Part shown: piece after piece, positions 20,211-29,089 of the stretch | Position numbering within the stretch: the stretch's first letter is position 1 | Layout of the letters: each line of letters opens with the position of its first letter | The notes under the pieces: generated by a model | What the model was told of the DNA's origin: nothing | Seen by the model: only the letters and a program-made list of their open reading frames with translations | Database searches by the model: none | Origin: Desulfuromonadales bacterium | Lineage (GTDB): Bacteria > Desulfobacterota > JAENJC01 | DNA length: 64,000 bases | Direction: 5' to 3' | Assembly: GCA_919902985.1 (NCBI GenBank) | Contig: CAKKSC010000004.1 | Coordinates: 32,230-96,229 of the forward strand | Translations under genes and position numbers: made by a program

Positions 20211-21763
20211 TATTTGATCCTGCGGCGTGTAAGAACAGCAACGCCAATAACAAGGATTATGGAAGGAACAACGACTACAGGAATCCAGAAGATAAATCTC
20301 CCCTGAGAGGCCGTCAAAATGAGTGGGGTCAGGTTGGAATCCTTCTTTCTCACAGAGATAAGCTCTGCCTCCTCTGTAAGCCAGTTTACCATATTAAGAA
20401 AAAAGTCCTTGTTGCCTGCAAGATTAACATGGGTAGTATTTACGAACGAGGAATTCCCAACAACAACAAACTTTGCATAGACCTTCTTTCCAGAAGCATC
20501 ATCTCCGCCTTCAACCTTTTTGCTGACATCGCTTATAGCTACTGCGGCGATGGAGAGAGGGCCTTTCTTCTCGACCCTTTCATCATACTCGGCCTTTCCT
20601 TCCTCAAGCGCCTTCCTGTCCGTTTCCCCCCAACTTGCCTCTGACGTTAAAGCAAGGGGGAAAAAACCTTTTGATGGGTCCCTGTCCACCTCTACAGACC
20701 TTGCCAGGGGAAAGAAGGTCATTACATTAAATTCTTCTGTGATAGGGTGCTGCTTCTCGTACTGGGTAACAACCGGGACAAGATAGTTTGCACCATAGAC
20801 CTGCGATAATTTATCTATTATTATATCATTCCCAAGACGAAAACCATAACCCTGAAGGAATTCTGCCAATTTAGGCGTTGTCCCCGGGTCGAGCATAAAG
20901 AGGAGACTCCCCCCCCTGTTTATGTAACTGGTAAGTCTCTCAAGCTCGTCCGGCAGCGGGTCCTTCTTTGGACCGCTCACAATAAGAAGCGCACAGTCGT
21001 CCGGCACTTCAACTGCGCCCGGCAGGAGCAATTCTTTGACCTGATAATTCTCCTTCTCAATAGACTCTTTTATCGCCTTGTACCCTAAGTTCTGAAAGTC
21101 AGCTATATCATTTTCTCCATGACCTTTAAGAAAATATACACTTTTTATCTCATCCCTTGTTACCTTTACTATTGCATTGATCAGCTTATCTTCCGATTCA
21201 AATCCAACCTCCTGCTGATTCGCTCCACTCCTGACAAGGGTTGTCCTATATGCGGTAACTCCGTATTTTGCTGCAGCCCCAGGCTGTTTATCAGGGTCTA
21301 TGAACTGGTATGAAAACTTCGAGGATAACTGGGAAAACTCGGAAAGAAGGTCTTCCATCGCCTGTCTCGTCCTTTCATCGCTCCTGTAAAAGGCAACAGC
21401 CATGACATCTTTTTTCAGCGTCTTTACTATCTTCTTACTCTGAATAGAAAGGGTATAACGACCTGTCTTGGTCAGGTCCCACCTTACTTTGTATCTCGTA
21501 GTAAAGAATGAAACTACACCAATCATAGTAATAAAGATTATGATCATCACCGCTGTATTTGCACCATATTTAGCAGACCTGAGTGTTAATAATGTCCTGA
21601 GTTCAGGGAAGCTCACATAGAAATAGAAGAGGAGGATGAGCAACCCAATCCATAAGAGGGCAATTATATAGCTCTCCATTGCACCGCTTATAGCATATGT
21701 AATCCCTCCAGCGGCTACGGTTAAAAGACCTATAATCCCTATTATTGGCAGAAACCTTTTCAT
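20210..21763 (-). CDS. GldG-family ABC auxiliary protein
   Basis: 'RWDLTKTGRYTLS', 'IDPDKQP', 'YFLKGHGE', 'GNKDFFLNMVNWL', C-terminal TM. Confidence 0.88.
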   Translation of the reverse strand: MKRFLPIIGIIGLLTVAAGGITYAISGAMESYIIALLWIGLLILLFYFYVSFPELRTLLTLRSAKYGANTAVMIIIFITMIGVVSFFTTRYKVRWDLTKTGRYTLSIQSKKIVKTLKKDVMAVAFYRSDERTRQAMEDLLSEFSQLSSKFSYQFIDPDKQPGAAAKYGVTAYRTTLVRSGANQQEVGFESEDKLINAIVKVTRDEIKSVYFLKGHGENDIADFQNLGYKAIKESIEKENYQVKELLLPGAVEVPDDCALLIVSGPKKDPLPDELERLTSYINRGGSLLFMLDPGTTPKLAEFLQGYGFRLGNDIIIDKLSQVYGANYLVPVVTQYEKQHPITEEFNVMTFFPLARSVEVDRDPSKGFFPLALTSEASWGETDRKALEEGKAEYDERVEKKGPLSIAAVAISDVSKKVEGGDDASGKKVYAKFVVVGNSSFVNTTHVNLAGNKDFFLNMVNWLTEEAELISVRKKDSNLTPLILTASQGRFIFWIPVVVVPSIILVIGVAVLTRRRIK

Positions 21764-21800
21764 TTAACAGTTTATCTCCTTAGAGTAAATCATGTAACCC

Positions 21801-22580
21801 CTATCCCCTCCACTTCTTTGACTCCAGCACCCTGAGCGTCAGAAAGTTAAAAAGTATAATAAAGAGAAAATAGTATATTATGTCCGTCGTATCGACTATG
21901 CCCTTTGCAAACCCTTCCAGATGCCCGATCAACGATATGTGCACCATGATATTTCCAATCGTGGGACCCATTAAGGAGACTGAAGTCCCCATCATGAAGA
22001 ACAGGATCAGCACCCCAAAAGACAAGGTGGCCGCGATTATCTGGTTCTCTGTCAGGGAGGATGTAAATATTCCAAGAGAGATAAAGGCCGCACCTGTAAG
22101 GATGAGCCCTATATACCCGGTAATAGTCGGTCCTATTTCAGGCTCACCTAAGAAAATCAACAATGCCGGAAATGTAGCTGTAAGCAGGAGCATTAAAAGG
22201 AATACAACAAAGCAGGCAATAAATTTCCCGATTATGACCTCCATATCAGTCACCGGATAAGTTAACAGAAGCTCAATTGTTCCACTCTTCTTCTCCTCTG
22301 AGAAGAGGCGCATAGTTAGAAGCGGCATCATAAGGAGCATGATCATGCTTATATTGCCAAAAAGAGGTCTGACTACCGTCTCCGTGATATTTAAAAGGTT
22401 CTGCTGTTTAGCTATAGCAGGGTTTGTAGAGGCCTGGAAGCTAAGGGTTGAAAAAGAAGCAAGCAGATTATAAAAATAATATCCGGTGACAACAAGAAAG
22501 ATCGTTATTACGACGTAGGCGACAGGCGACGAAAAATAAGAATTGAGTTCCTTCTTAGCTATAAGATAAAAGTTTCTCAT
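21801..22580 (-). CDS. GldF-like ABC-2 permease
   Basis: 'KELNSYFSSPVAY', 'PLLTMRLFSEEKKSGTIELLLT.P', 'SSLTENQIIAA'. Confidence 0.9.
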   Translation of the reverse strand: MRNFYLIAKKELNSYFSSPVAYVVITIFLVVTGYYFYNLLASFSTLSFQASTNPAIAKQQNLLNITETVVRPLFGNISMIMLLMMPLLTMRLFSEEKKSGTIELLLTYPVTDMEVIIGKFIACFVVFLLMLLLTATFPALLIFLGEPEIGPTITGYIGLILTGAAFISLGIFTSSLTENQIIAATLSFGVLILFFMMGTSVSLMGPTIGNIMVHISLIGHLEGFAKGIVDTTDIIYYFLFIILFNFLTLRVLESKKWRG

Positions 22581-22587
22581 TTATCAG

Positions 22588-23520
22588 CTACTCCTTTGTC
22601 ACCAGTTTGATAAAAATATCCTCAAGACTCATCTCAACCGGTCTCAGTTCCAGCAGACCCCAGCCGCTTCTTACAATGCCGGCGGCAATGTCCCTTCTGA
22701 CATCAATACCCTTTTCGGTATCTAATATGAACTCGGATACGCCATTGCTGCTCTCTTTTTTGTTAACCCTGTTTATTCCCCGAATCTTCTGAAGTCCGGT
22801 TATAACCTCCTGCGCCGGTCCGTCCACTTTCACAATAAGGCGGCTCGCCCCCTGTATGTTAGATGTAAGGTTCTGAGGCGTATCAACTGCCACCACCTTC
22901 CCCTTATTTATAATGACCACCCTGTTGCAGGTCATGCTTACTTCAGGGAGGATATGGGTGCTCAGGATTATCGTCCTTTTACCGGCCAAACTTTTTATCA
23001 GTTTTCTAATCTCTATAATCTGTTTCGGGTCAAGCCCAACTGTGGGCTCATCCAGTATCAGCACCTCGGGTTCATTTACAAGCGCCTGGGCCAGTCCGAC
23101 CCTCTGGCGATACCCCTTTGAAAGCTCATTTATCATCTTATGGGACATGTCGGAAAGACCACACTCTTCGAGGGCATTCCCAACCCGGTTCTTCAAGTCC
23201 TGCCGCCTCACACCCTTGATCCCTGCGACAAATGTGAGGTAGTCAACTACCTTCATATCCCTGTAAAGCGGCACATTTTCCGGCAGATAACCTATCCTCT
23301 TTTTTACCTCATGAGGCTCTTCAAATACGTCATAACCAGCAATACTGGCCTTGCCGCTTGTAGCAGGAAAGAAACAGGTAAGGATTCTCATTGTGGTTGT
23401 CTTGCCCGCGCCGTTAGGCCCGAGAAACCCCAATATCTCTCCCTTTTCTACAGAGAAAGTGATCTCATTAAGGGCTTGATAGCTACCGTAACTCTTTGTC
23501 AGCTTCTCTACTTGAATCAT
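22588..23520 (-). CDS. GldA-like ABC transporter ATP-binding protein
   Basis: 'GPNGAGKTT', 'LSKGYRQRVGLAQA', 'LDEPTVGLDP', 'STHILPEV'; ATG at 23520 preferred over the ORF-track start 23556. Confidence 0.92.
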   Translation of the reverse strand: MIQVEKLTKSYGSYQALNEITFSVEKGEILGFLGPNGAGKTTTMRILTCFFPATSGKASIAGYDVFEEPHEVKKRIGYLPENVPLYRDMKVVDYLTFVAGIKGVRRQDLKNRVGNALEECGLSDMSHKMINELSKGYRQRVGLAQALVNEPEVLILDEPTVGLDPKQIIEIRKLIKSLAGKRTIILSTHILPEVSMTCNRVVIINKGKVVAVDTPQNLTSNIQGASRLIVKVDGPAQEVITGLQKIRGINRVNKKESSNGVSEFILDTEKGIDVRRDIAAGIVRSGWGLLELRPVEMSLEDIFIKLVTKE

Positions 23521-23539
23521 TATATAACCTGCCTGATTT

Positions 23540-24067
23540 CTATTTTGAACCTGCACCTTCAGGATTAAATGTGCCTTCCTTATGCGTGCCTGGGATCGAT
23601 TTCTTCATCAATGCCTGCTCAATCTTTCGTTGAGAGAACGGCGTATCCAATAACTTTATAAGTGCCTCATCACCTTTTAGGAGTTTCTTCAGGTCTTCTT
23701 TCCTCCAGCCCTCCTCCCAGTTCCCGATAAGACCGCTCCATACCTGAGAGATGGCCACAGCCTCGGCATCGGTGATGGTTGGGAGATATTCTTTTCCCGG
23801 TTTTGCCCTTTCAATATCAATAAGGCTCTTCATGTTATGAACAACAACAATAAACGGTGGGCCGCACCTGAAGCAATATTTTGTTATCTTATCTATATTA
23901 TGGCATGAGGAACACTTTGCATACGCAAGAGAAACCGCTTCATCCGGGGTATATTCAAGATAACCTCGAGTCTTGGATGCTGAAAGTATCTTGTCTTTAA
24001 ATGCCAATGAAATAACTACGATAAGAAGGAAAACTATAGATATTAAAATCAGATATTTAGATTTCAC
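23540..24067 (-). CDS. Membrane-anchored monoheme c-type cytochrome with extra CxxC
   Basis: N-terminal TM, 'CSSCH', 'CFRC', downstream 'HNM'. Confidence 0.65.
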   Translation of the reverse strand: MKSKYLILISIVFLLIVVISLAFKDKILSASKTRGYLEYTPDEAVSLAYAKCSSCHNIDKITKYCFRCGPPFIVVVHNMKSLIDIERAKPGKEYLPTITDAEAVAISQVWSGLIGNWEEGWRKEDLKKLLKGDEALIKLLDTPFSQRKIEQALMKKSIPGTHKEGTFNPEGAGSK

Positions 24068-24090
24068 AGTATAACCAGAAACTCCTTAGT

Positions 24091-24133
24091 AAAAAATACA
24101 GGGCACGACCAGTATTTTCCGGCCATGCCCTGT
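24091..24133 (-). terminator. Intrinsic terminator after the cytochrome c genes
   Basis: Minus strand acagggcatggcc-loop-ggtcgtgccctgt followed by atttttt. Confidence 0.7.
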
Positions 24134-24183
24134 CAATGTCAATGCTGCAAAAATGACATTATTAATGATACCTGTGCATATCC

Positions 24184-25128
24184 TTATTTTTTGAACATCT
24201 TTGCTTCATCTGCAGCACTCTTTCTCAAGCCGCCTTCGACATAACCTGCACCCTTCAGACCGCCGCCGCGTCCTGCGAGCGATGCCTCAGCAAGTTCATT
24301 AGCTTCAGCAAATGCCGGGTCGGTTGCAGCATTCAATGCATTTACCTTGTTGGCTGCGGATTTAGGATCGAATGAAGACTTCGGGTTTAAATAATCGGCA
24401 ACGCTTGTAATTTTCTTAGTGTCGGCGTTTGCCCTTATCCAGGCGATAACATTCCAGATATCCTGGTCATGAAGAAGATTTCCCCACTGTGGCATAACGT
24501 CCGCAAGGTCAACTGCTCCACCACCTCCCTTTATGACCGTGAACAGCTCAACATTGGTCTTCTTGTTCATGTACGCAGCACCTGCAGTGAGGTCCCTTGG
24601 ATACGGATCGAGGTATGTGGCGTTGGGTCCATCACCCTTAAGAAGCCAGCCATGACATCCAACGCAGTAAACATAATACCACTGCTTCCCTTCGTTCGGG
24701 TTTGCGCCTGGAACCAGGCTTTCCTTGAACGATGGAGACCAGTTGTTTGTCCACTGATTGTATGCGGCTTCACCGCTTAGCGGCTTTGCAGCCCTGTCCC
24801 ACATCTCCGTCTTGCCAGTGCCCTTTGAGTAGCCACTCTCGGTCGCGAAGGTCTTCGTGTTCGCCTTGGATGTCCTCTTTCCTACGCCTGTCAAATAGTC
24901 AAAGGGGGCTATGCCGTACGTGCTTCCGCCTATACCCTTGGCCATATTCATGGCTTCCTTTTCGTAATTAGCTGCTGCATCACTCAGCTCAGCCTCTGTA
25001 CGAGTCGGACACTCCACCTTCACTCCCTCAGCCGTACACCTCTTTTCTGCAGCATTCCCCGCCGCTGCAAATACAAAGATGCTTAAAACTGTACACACTG
25101 TAATTCCTCTTACTTTGCCTTTCATCAT
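24184..25128 (-). CDS. Periplasmic monoheme cytochrome c with long N- and C-terminal extensions
   Basis: Signal peptide, 'CVGCHG..LKGDGP', 'PRDLT', 'MPQWG'. Confidence 0.85.
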   Translation of the reverse strand: MMKGKVRGITVCTVLSIFVFAAAGNAAEKRCTAEGVKVECPTRTEAELSDAAANYEKEAMNMAKGIGGSTYGIAPFDYLTGVGKRTSKANTKTFATESGYSKGTGKTEMWDRAAKPLSGEAAYNQWTNNWSPSFKESLVPGANPNEGKQWYYVYCVGCHGWLLKGDGPNATYLDPYPRDLTAGAAYMNKKTNVELFTVIKGGGGAVDLADVMPQWGNLLHDQDIWNVIAWIRANADTKKITSVADYLNPKSSFDPKSAANKVNALNAATDPAFAEANELAEASLAGRGGGLKGAGYVEGGLRKSAADEAKMFKK

Positions 25129-25168
25129 CTTTCACCTCCTTTTAGGTTTAGATTAATTACTACAACAA

Positions 25169-25534
25169 TTATTTAGCCGTGCAGTTACACAGCTTCCGTA
25201 AGTAGGACACCATATCCTTTATTTCGTCAGCAGTCAAGGTCTTCCCAAATGGAGGCATAAGAGGAGACTTGCTGTTTGCCGGCCCACCGTCCGTAATAGC
25301 GTTCGTGATATCTGCATCGGAAAGCTTGCTCATATCCTCAGCGCTTGCATGGTTTCTTGGGGTTACGGCCATGTCCTTTGTGACATTGATCCCGTCGCCC
25401 TTGCCTTGAGGGCCATGACACTGAGTACAGTAAAATTTATAATTCTCTTCAGCAGTAGCCGCGTAAGAAACCCCGGTTCCCAAAGTCATCATTACAGCAA
25501 AAATCATTAAGAGATAAAGTGCTTTTTTGTTCAT
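25169..25534 (-). CDS. Periplasmic monoheme cytochrome c
   Basis: Signal peptide, 'CTQCHG..GKGDG', 'MPPFG'. Confidence 0.92.
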   Translation of the reverse strand: MNKKALYLLMIFAVMMTLGTGVSYAATAEENYKFYCTQCHGPQGKGDGINVTKDMAVTPRNHASAEDMSKLSDADITNAITDGGPANSKSPLMPPFGKTLTADEIKDMVSYLRKLCNCTAK

Positions 25535-25601
25535 CTATAACTCCTTATAAATTAGGTTTGAGGCGGTTAATAAAACCGCATGGGACTAACTCCCTTTCAA
25601 T

Positions 25602-26285
25602 TTAAAAACTTGCAATGAGGGCAGCTACGTTCTTCATGTCAACGTCACTCAAATAACCTTCATAAATAGGCATCCTCTTAACAGGCTTAAACACCTTAGG
25701 CTTCTTCAGATATGCATATACCCAGTCGCCCTGAAGCCTCTCACCGGCCTTAACCAGGCTCGGCGCAACCATTCCGCCAACAACCTTGCCGGTCTTCTCT
25801 ATCTGATGACATGCCTGACATGCCTGCTTTTTCTCAAATGCCTGTTTCCCCTGAATGTTCTTATTTGCCTGAATCACTCCTGCCTCTACATCCTTTGATG
25901 TAAGGGTCATAAGATATTCTGCAACCTCGTCAGCCTCTGCCTTTGACAGTTTTGGGTGGTTGCCTGCGTTCTTCTTCTCCAATGAATTATACTCGATAGG
26001 CCTTATGACTATAGGGTCCTGAAGCCACTTTTCCAGCCATTCCTTCTTAAATTTACTGCCGGCATACCACAGCTCCGGCCCTTTCTTCTTAAGCTGGTCC
26101 GCAAAGGTCTTCTCAGTAGCAGGCCCCTGAGTTATATGACAATCACCGCTGCCGCACTTCTTTGCCTCAAACACACCCTTACCCTTGGCCGCGTCAGCGC
26201 GGCTGCTCTCCGCACCAAATCCAATCATGGCAGATGCGAGGAGCGATACTACAACAACACGACTGCAAGTTACTCTTTTAACCAT
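25602..26285 (-). CDS. Periplasmic diheme cytochrome c (CX4CH + CX2CH)
   Basis: Signal peptide; 'CGSGDCH' then 'GPELWYAG'; 'CQACH' then 'APSL' and 'MP'. Confidence 0.82.
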   Translation of the reverse strand: MVKRVTCSRVVVVSLLASAMIGFGAESSRADAAKGKGVFEAKKCGSGDCHITQGPATEKTFADQLKKKGPELWYAGSKFKKEWLEKWLQDPIVIRPIEYNSLEKKNAGNHPKLSKAEADEVAEYLMTLTSKDVEAGVIQANKNIQGKQAFEKKQACQACHQIEKTGKVVGGMVAPSLVKAGERLQGDWVYAYLKKPKVFKPVKRMPIYEGYLSDVDMKNVAALIASF

Positions 26286-26341
26286 TCGAACCCTCCTTTG
26301 TAAATTTATGAACCATTGTATATATCACCTAAACAGAGTTG

Positions 26342-27394
26342 TCAAGGGGATAATTGCTTAAGCATATTTTTTTCTGTTTCATCTATACTTATAGACATCT
26401 TTGGCGATTCCACTTTTACAATGCCGTTGCCATCAATCACACCCAGTTCATTGGTGCCTATGACAGTAAACCACACCTTATTGGAAGCTGCTACCGTTAT
26501 ATCTACCGGCGCCCGGTCCCCGCCGACCAGATCGAACTCAATAAATCCCTTATCCTTAGGTGAATAACGGCCAACACGCTTTTTATACTTGTCGCAATAC
26601 CATATATTCCCGGCACTGTCGACGGCAAGCCCTTCAGGGACGCCCTTTCCCGGCAGCTCAAACTCATCGAATCTTTCCGATACCGGATCAAACTTCACAA
26701 GCTTCCTGTCTTTCCTCGCACTGAACCAGAGTTGCCCCTGTCCATCTATTGTAAGCTCTGTAGGCACACAGAACGGCTTTGGTATGATGTATTCCTTTAT
26801 CTTCCCTGTCTCAGGAATCAGTTTGCTAATTTTGTTCCCCTGAGTTTCAATAAACCATACTGCGCCCTTATTGGTTGCCACTATCCCCACTGGCTGGCTC
26901 TTTGGCGTTGGGATTGGGTGCTCCTTGAAACTCTTGGTGACCGGATCAAACTCACCGATCCTGTTCCCGGCAAACTCCGTAAACCAGACCCTGCCGTCTT
27001 TATCCACGGAAAGCCTCATTGACTGGCTCTTTGGAGACGGGATATCATACTCTTCAAATCTCTTGGTTTCCAGATCAAAAGTTCCTATCTGGTTCCCGTC
27101 CTCTTCAACAAACCAGATCCTGCCTTTATGATCAACTGTTATATCTGTGGCCGAGCTGCGCGAGGTTGGTATCTCGTATTTAGTGAACTGCTCGTCTTTC
27201 TGGTTGAATATAAATATTAAGTTATTTCTAAAATCAACGAACCAGATGCGCCCGCTTACATCAGAGCTGATTGCAACAGGAACACCATTGGAAGAGGGTA
27301 TCGAATAATATTTTACCTTTGACTCCTCTGCAAAAGCCTGAGCGGCTACAGCTGTGAATAATCCTATACCTATGATCACATTTCTACATCTCAT
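26342..27394 (-). CDS. Exported Vgb (virginiamycin B lyase)-like beta-propeller
   Basis: Signal peptide; ~7 repeats of 'IP...S.P..I.VD..GRVWF.E..GN.IG.FDP'. Confidence 0.85.
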   Translation of the reverse strand: MRCRNVIIGIGLFTAVAAQAFAEESKVKYYSIPSSNGVPVAISSDVSGRIWFVDFRNNLIFIFNQKDEQFTKYEIPTSRSSATDITVDHKGRIWFVEEDGNQIGTFDLETKRFEEYDIPSPKSQSMRLSVDKDGRVWFTEFAGNRIGEFDPVTKSFKEHPIPTPKSQPVGIVATNKGAVWFIETQGNKISKLIPETGKIKEYIIPKPFCVPTELTIDGQGQLWFSARKDRKLVKFDPVSERFDEFELPGKGVPEGLAVDSAGNIWYCDKYKKRVGRYSPKDKGFIEFDLVGGDRAPVDITVAASNKVWFTVIGTNELGVIDGNGIVKVESPKMSISIDETEKNMLKQLSP

Positions 27395-28563
27395 TTATTT
27401 CCCTTTCCTCTTAATATAAATCGAATAACGATTGCGAGAAGAGATATGGATACGAGAGCAATAAAAACCATCATGAGCATCTGCGATATCCTGTCCGATT
27501 TATCATCTTTCGCGCTTTCCTCCTGTTTTTTCCCAACCTTAAGAGTATCTGATATATCCAGTTTTCCTATCCTGTTAGCGTCCCTGTCTGATTCAGTAAA
27601 CCATGCGATGCCTTCCCTGTCAACCGCAATACTGGTAGGCAGAGACTTTGACGTCGGGATCTCATATTCACTCACAACAGCGCTTACGGGATCGAAGACC
27701 CCTATCTTGTTACCCCTGTTCTCCACAAACCAGACCAACCCTTTCTGGTCTATAGCTATGCTCGAGATCACAGGAGAAAGGGTCGGCACGATCACCTCGT
27801 TAAAGGCCTTCAATGAGGGATTGAACATCCCTATCCTTCCTGTAAGCATCTCAGCAAACCAGACCATACCATTGCCGTCAATTGCGATAGATGAAGGATT
27901 TGCAAAAGGAGTTGGTATAATATGCTCAATGATCTTGCCCTTGACAGGGTCAAGGCTTGCGAGCTTATTACCATCCATCTCCGTAAACCAGACAATTCCC
28001 ATCTTATCTATGGCAACTGCCGATGGATGACTGGATGGAGTTGGTATCGTATGCTCCTTTATAACTCCCGTCTCAGGTGAAAGGCTCGCAACCTTATTGC
28101 CTTCACGCTCTATAAACCATACAGTCCCGTTCTCCGCTATCGCCAGATCGTAAGGGTTGCTATCTACCGTTTTGATTGGAAAGCTCTTGTATTTATCTGT
28201 TGATGGATTAAAATTAATGATGCTGTTCCCGCTTGAATTAGCTATCCAGATACTACCATCCTTCGCTGCAACTATTCCTGCTGGAACTCCAGGGTAAGGA
28301 ATTACATGCTCCTTGAATGCATTATCTGATGGTGTAAACCTCAGTATCTTGTTTTCATTCTGATAGGCAAGCCATATATGTCCGCTTCCATCATTTACAA
28401 TAGCAATGCGGGCAGGAGAAACGGCAGGTATTGGAATAACAAACTCTTTAATGACGGAATCGGCGGCAGTCGAGCCCCCTGCCATTATTAAACAGAAGAA
28501 TATAGAGGCAAATAAAATTTGTGCCATTATAGGGAAAATACGGAGTTTAACTGTTTTTGCCAT
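27391..28563 (-). CDS. Exported, C-terminally anchored Vgb-like beta-propeller
   Basis: Signal peptide (start 28563 preferred over 28623), ~7 Vgb-type repeats, C-terminal TM. Confidence 0.85.
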   Translation of the reverse strand: MAKTVKLRIFPIMAQILFASIFFCLIMAGGSTAADSVIKEFVIPIPAVSPARIAIVNDGSGHIWLAYQNENKILRFTPSDNAFKEHVIPYPGVPAGIVAAKDGSIWIANSSGNSIINFNPSTDKYKSFPIKTVDSNPYDLAIAENGTVWFIEREGNKVASLSPETGVIKEHTIPTPSSHPSAVAIDKMGIVWFTEMDGNKLASLDPVKGKIIEHIIPTPFANPSSIAIDGNGMVWFAEMLTGRIGMFNPSLKAFNEVIVPTLSPVISSIAIDQKGLVWFVENRGNKIGVFDPVSAVVSEYEIPTSKSLPTSIAVDREGIAWFTESDRDANRIGKLDISDTLKVGKKQEESAKDDKSDRISQMLMMVFIALVSISLLAIVIRFILRGKGNK

Positions 28564-28999
28564 CAGGAGTGCTTTCACCGGTAAAATCGATCTTCCAGCT
28601 CCTTGATTTCTCATCAAGGTCAAGGTTTATATCCGTAGTAACGCAAACTTCTCCGCCGAATGCAGATGTACACTTATATTCTATCGTAACAACGGCCCGG
28701 TCTTTAACAACCTTAGAGCCGACAATCTTCACTACCATATTTTTTGGATAGTTCAACACTATTCCCTTGAACTTATCTTCAGTTAGAGTGAACCGCTTGG
28801 AGCTGACCTGCCTGTATGCCTCACTGATAGAGGAACTTCCACCTTCGGCAATGTAACTGTAGAACTTCTTTACGACCTCCTCAGGAGACTCTGAAGTCTT
28901 GATCTTAACAGAACCACTGTATTGATAAACATAAACCCCGATAATGATGATTAAAAAAAGAAATAATGTCCCCACTGCCAATAACTTTTTTTTACTCAT
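28547..28999 (-). CDS. Membrane-anchored periplasmic hypothetical protein (NTF2/DUF4878-like)
   Basis: N-terminal TM; 'SPEEVVKKFY', 'A.V.IEY', 'WKI'. Confidence 0.6.
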   Translation of the reverse strand: MSKKKLLAVGTLFLFLIIIIGVYVYQYSGSVKIKTSESPEEVVKKFYSYIAEGGSSSISEAYRQVSSKRFTLTEDKFKGIVLNYPKNMVVKIVGSKVVKDRAVVTIEYKCTSAFGGEVCVTTDINLDLDEKSRSWKIDFTGESTPDGKNS

Positions 29000-29014
29000 T
29001 AATTACATCCTCTC

Positions 29015-29072
29015 AAAAAACAAATGGTTCGGCCGCAGACATTAAGACATTAATTGACTGCGGCCGAACCAT
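29015..29072 (-). terminator. Long stem-loop / intrinsic terminator directly after nosZ-like gene
   Basis: atggttcggccgcag...ctgcggccgaaccat perfect 15-bp stem, followed on minus strand by ttgtttttt. Confidence 0.8.
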
Positions 29073-29089
29073 CGCATTATCCTTAACTA

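Noticed and set aside
19257-23556. Gliding motility locus
   Set aside because: No gldK-N/spr genes; GldAFG-like ABC sets are widespread in non-gliding bacteria
26342-28623. Streptogramin resistance (vgb) genes
   Set aside because: Signal peptides, a membrane anchor and the respiratory context argue for shared fold only
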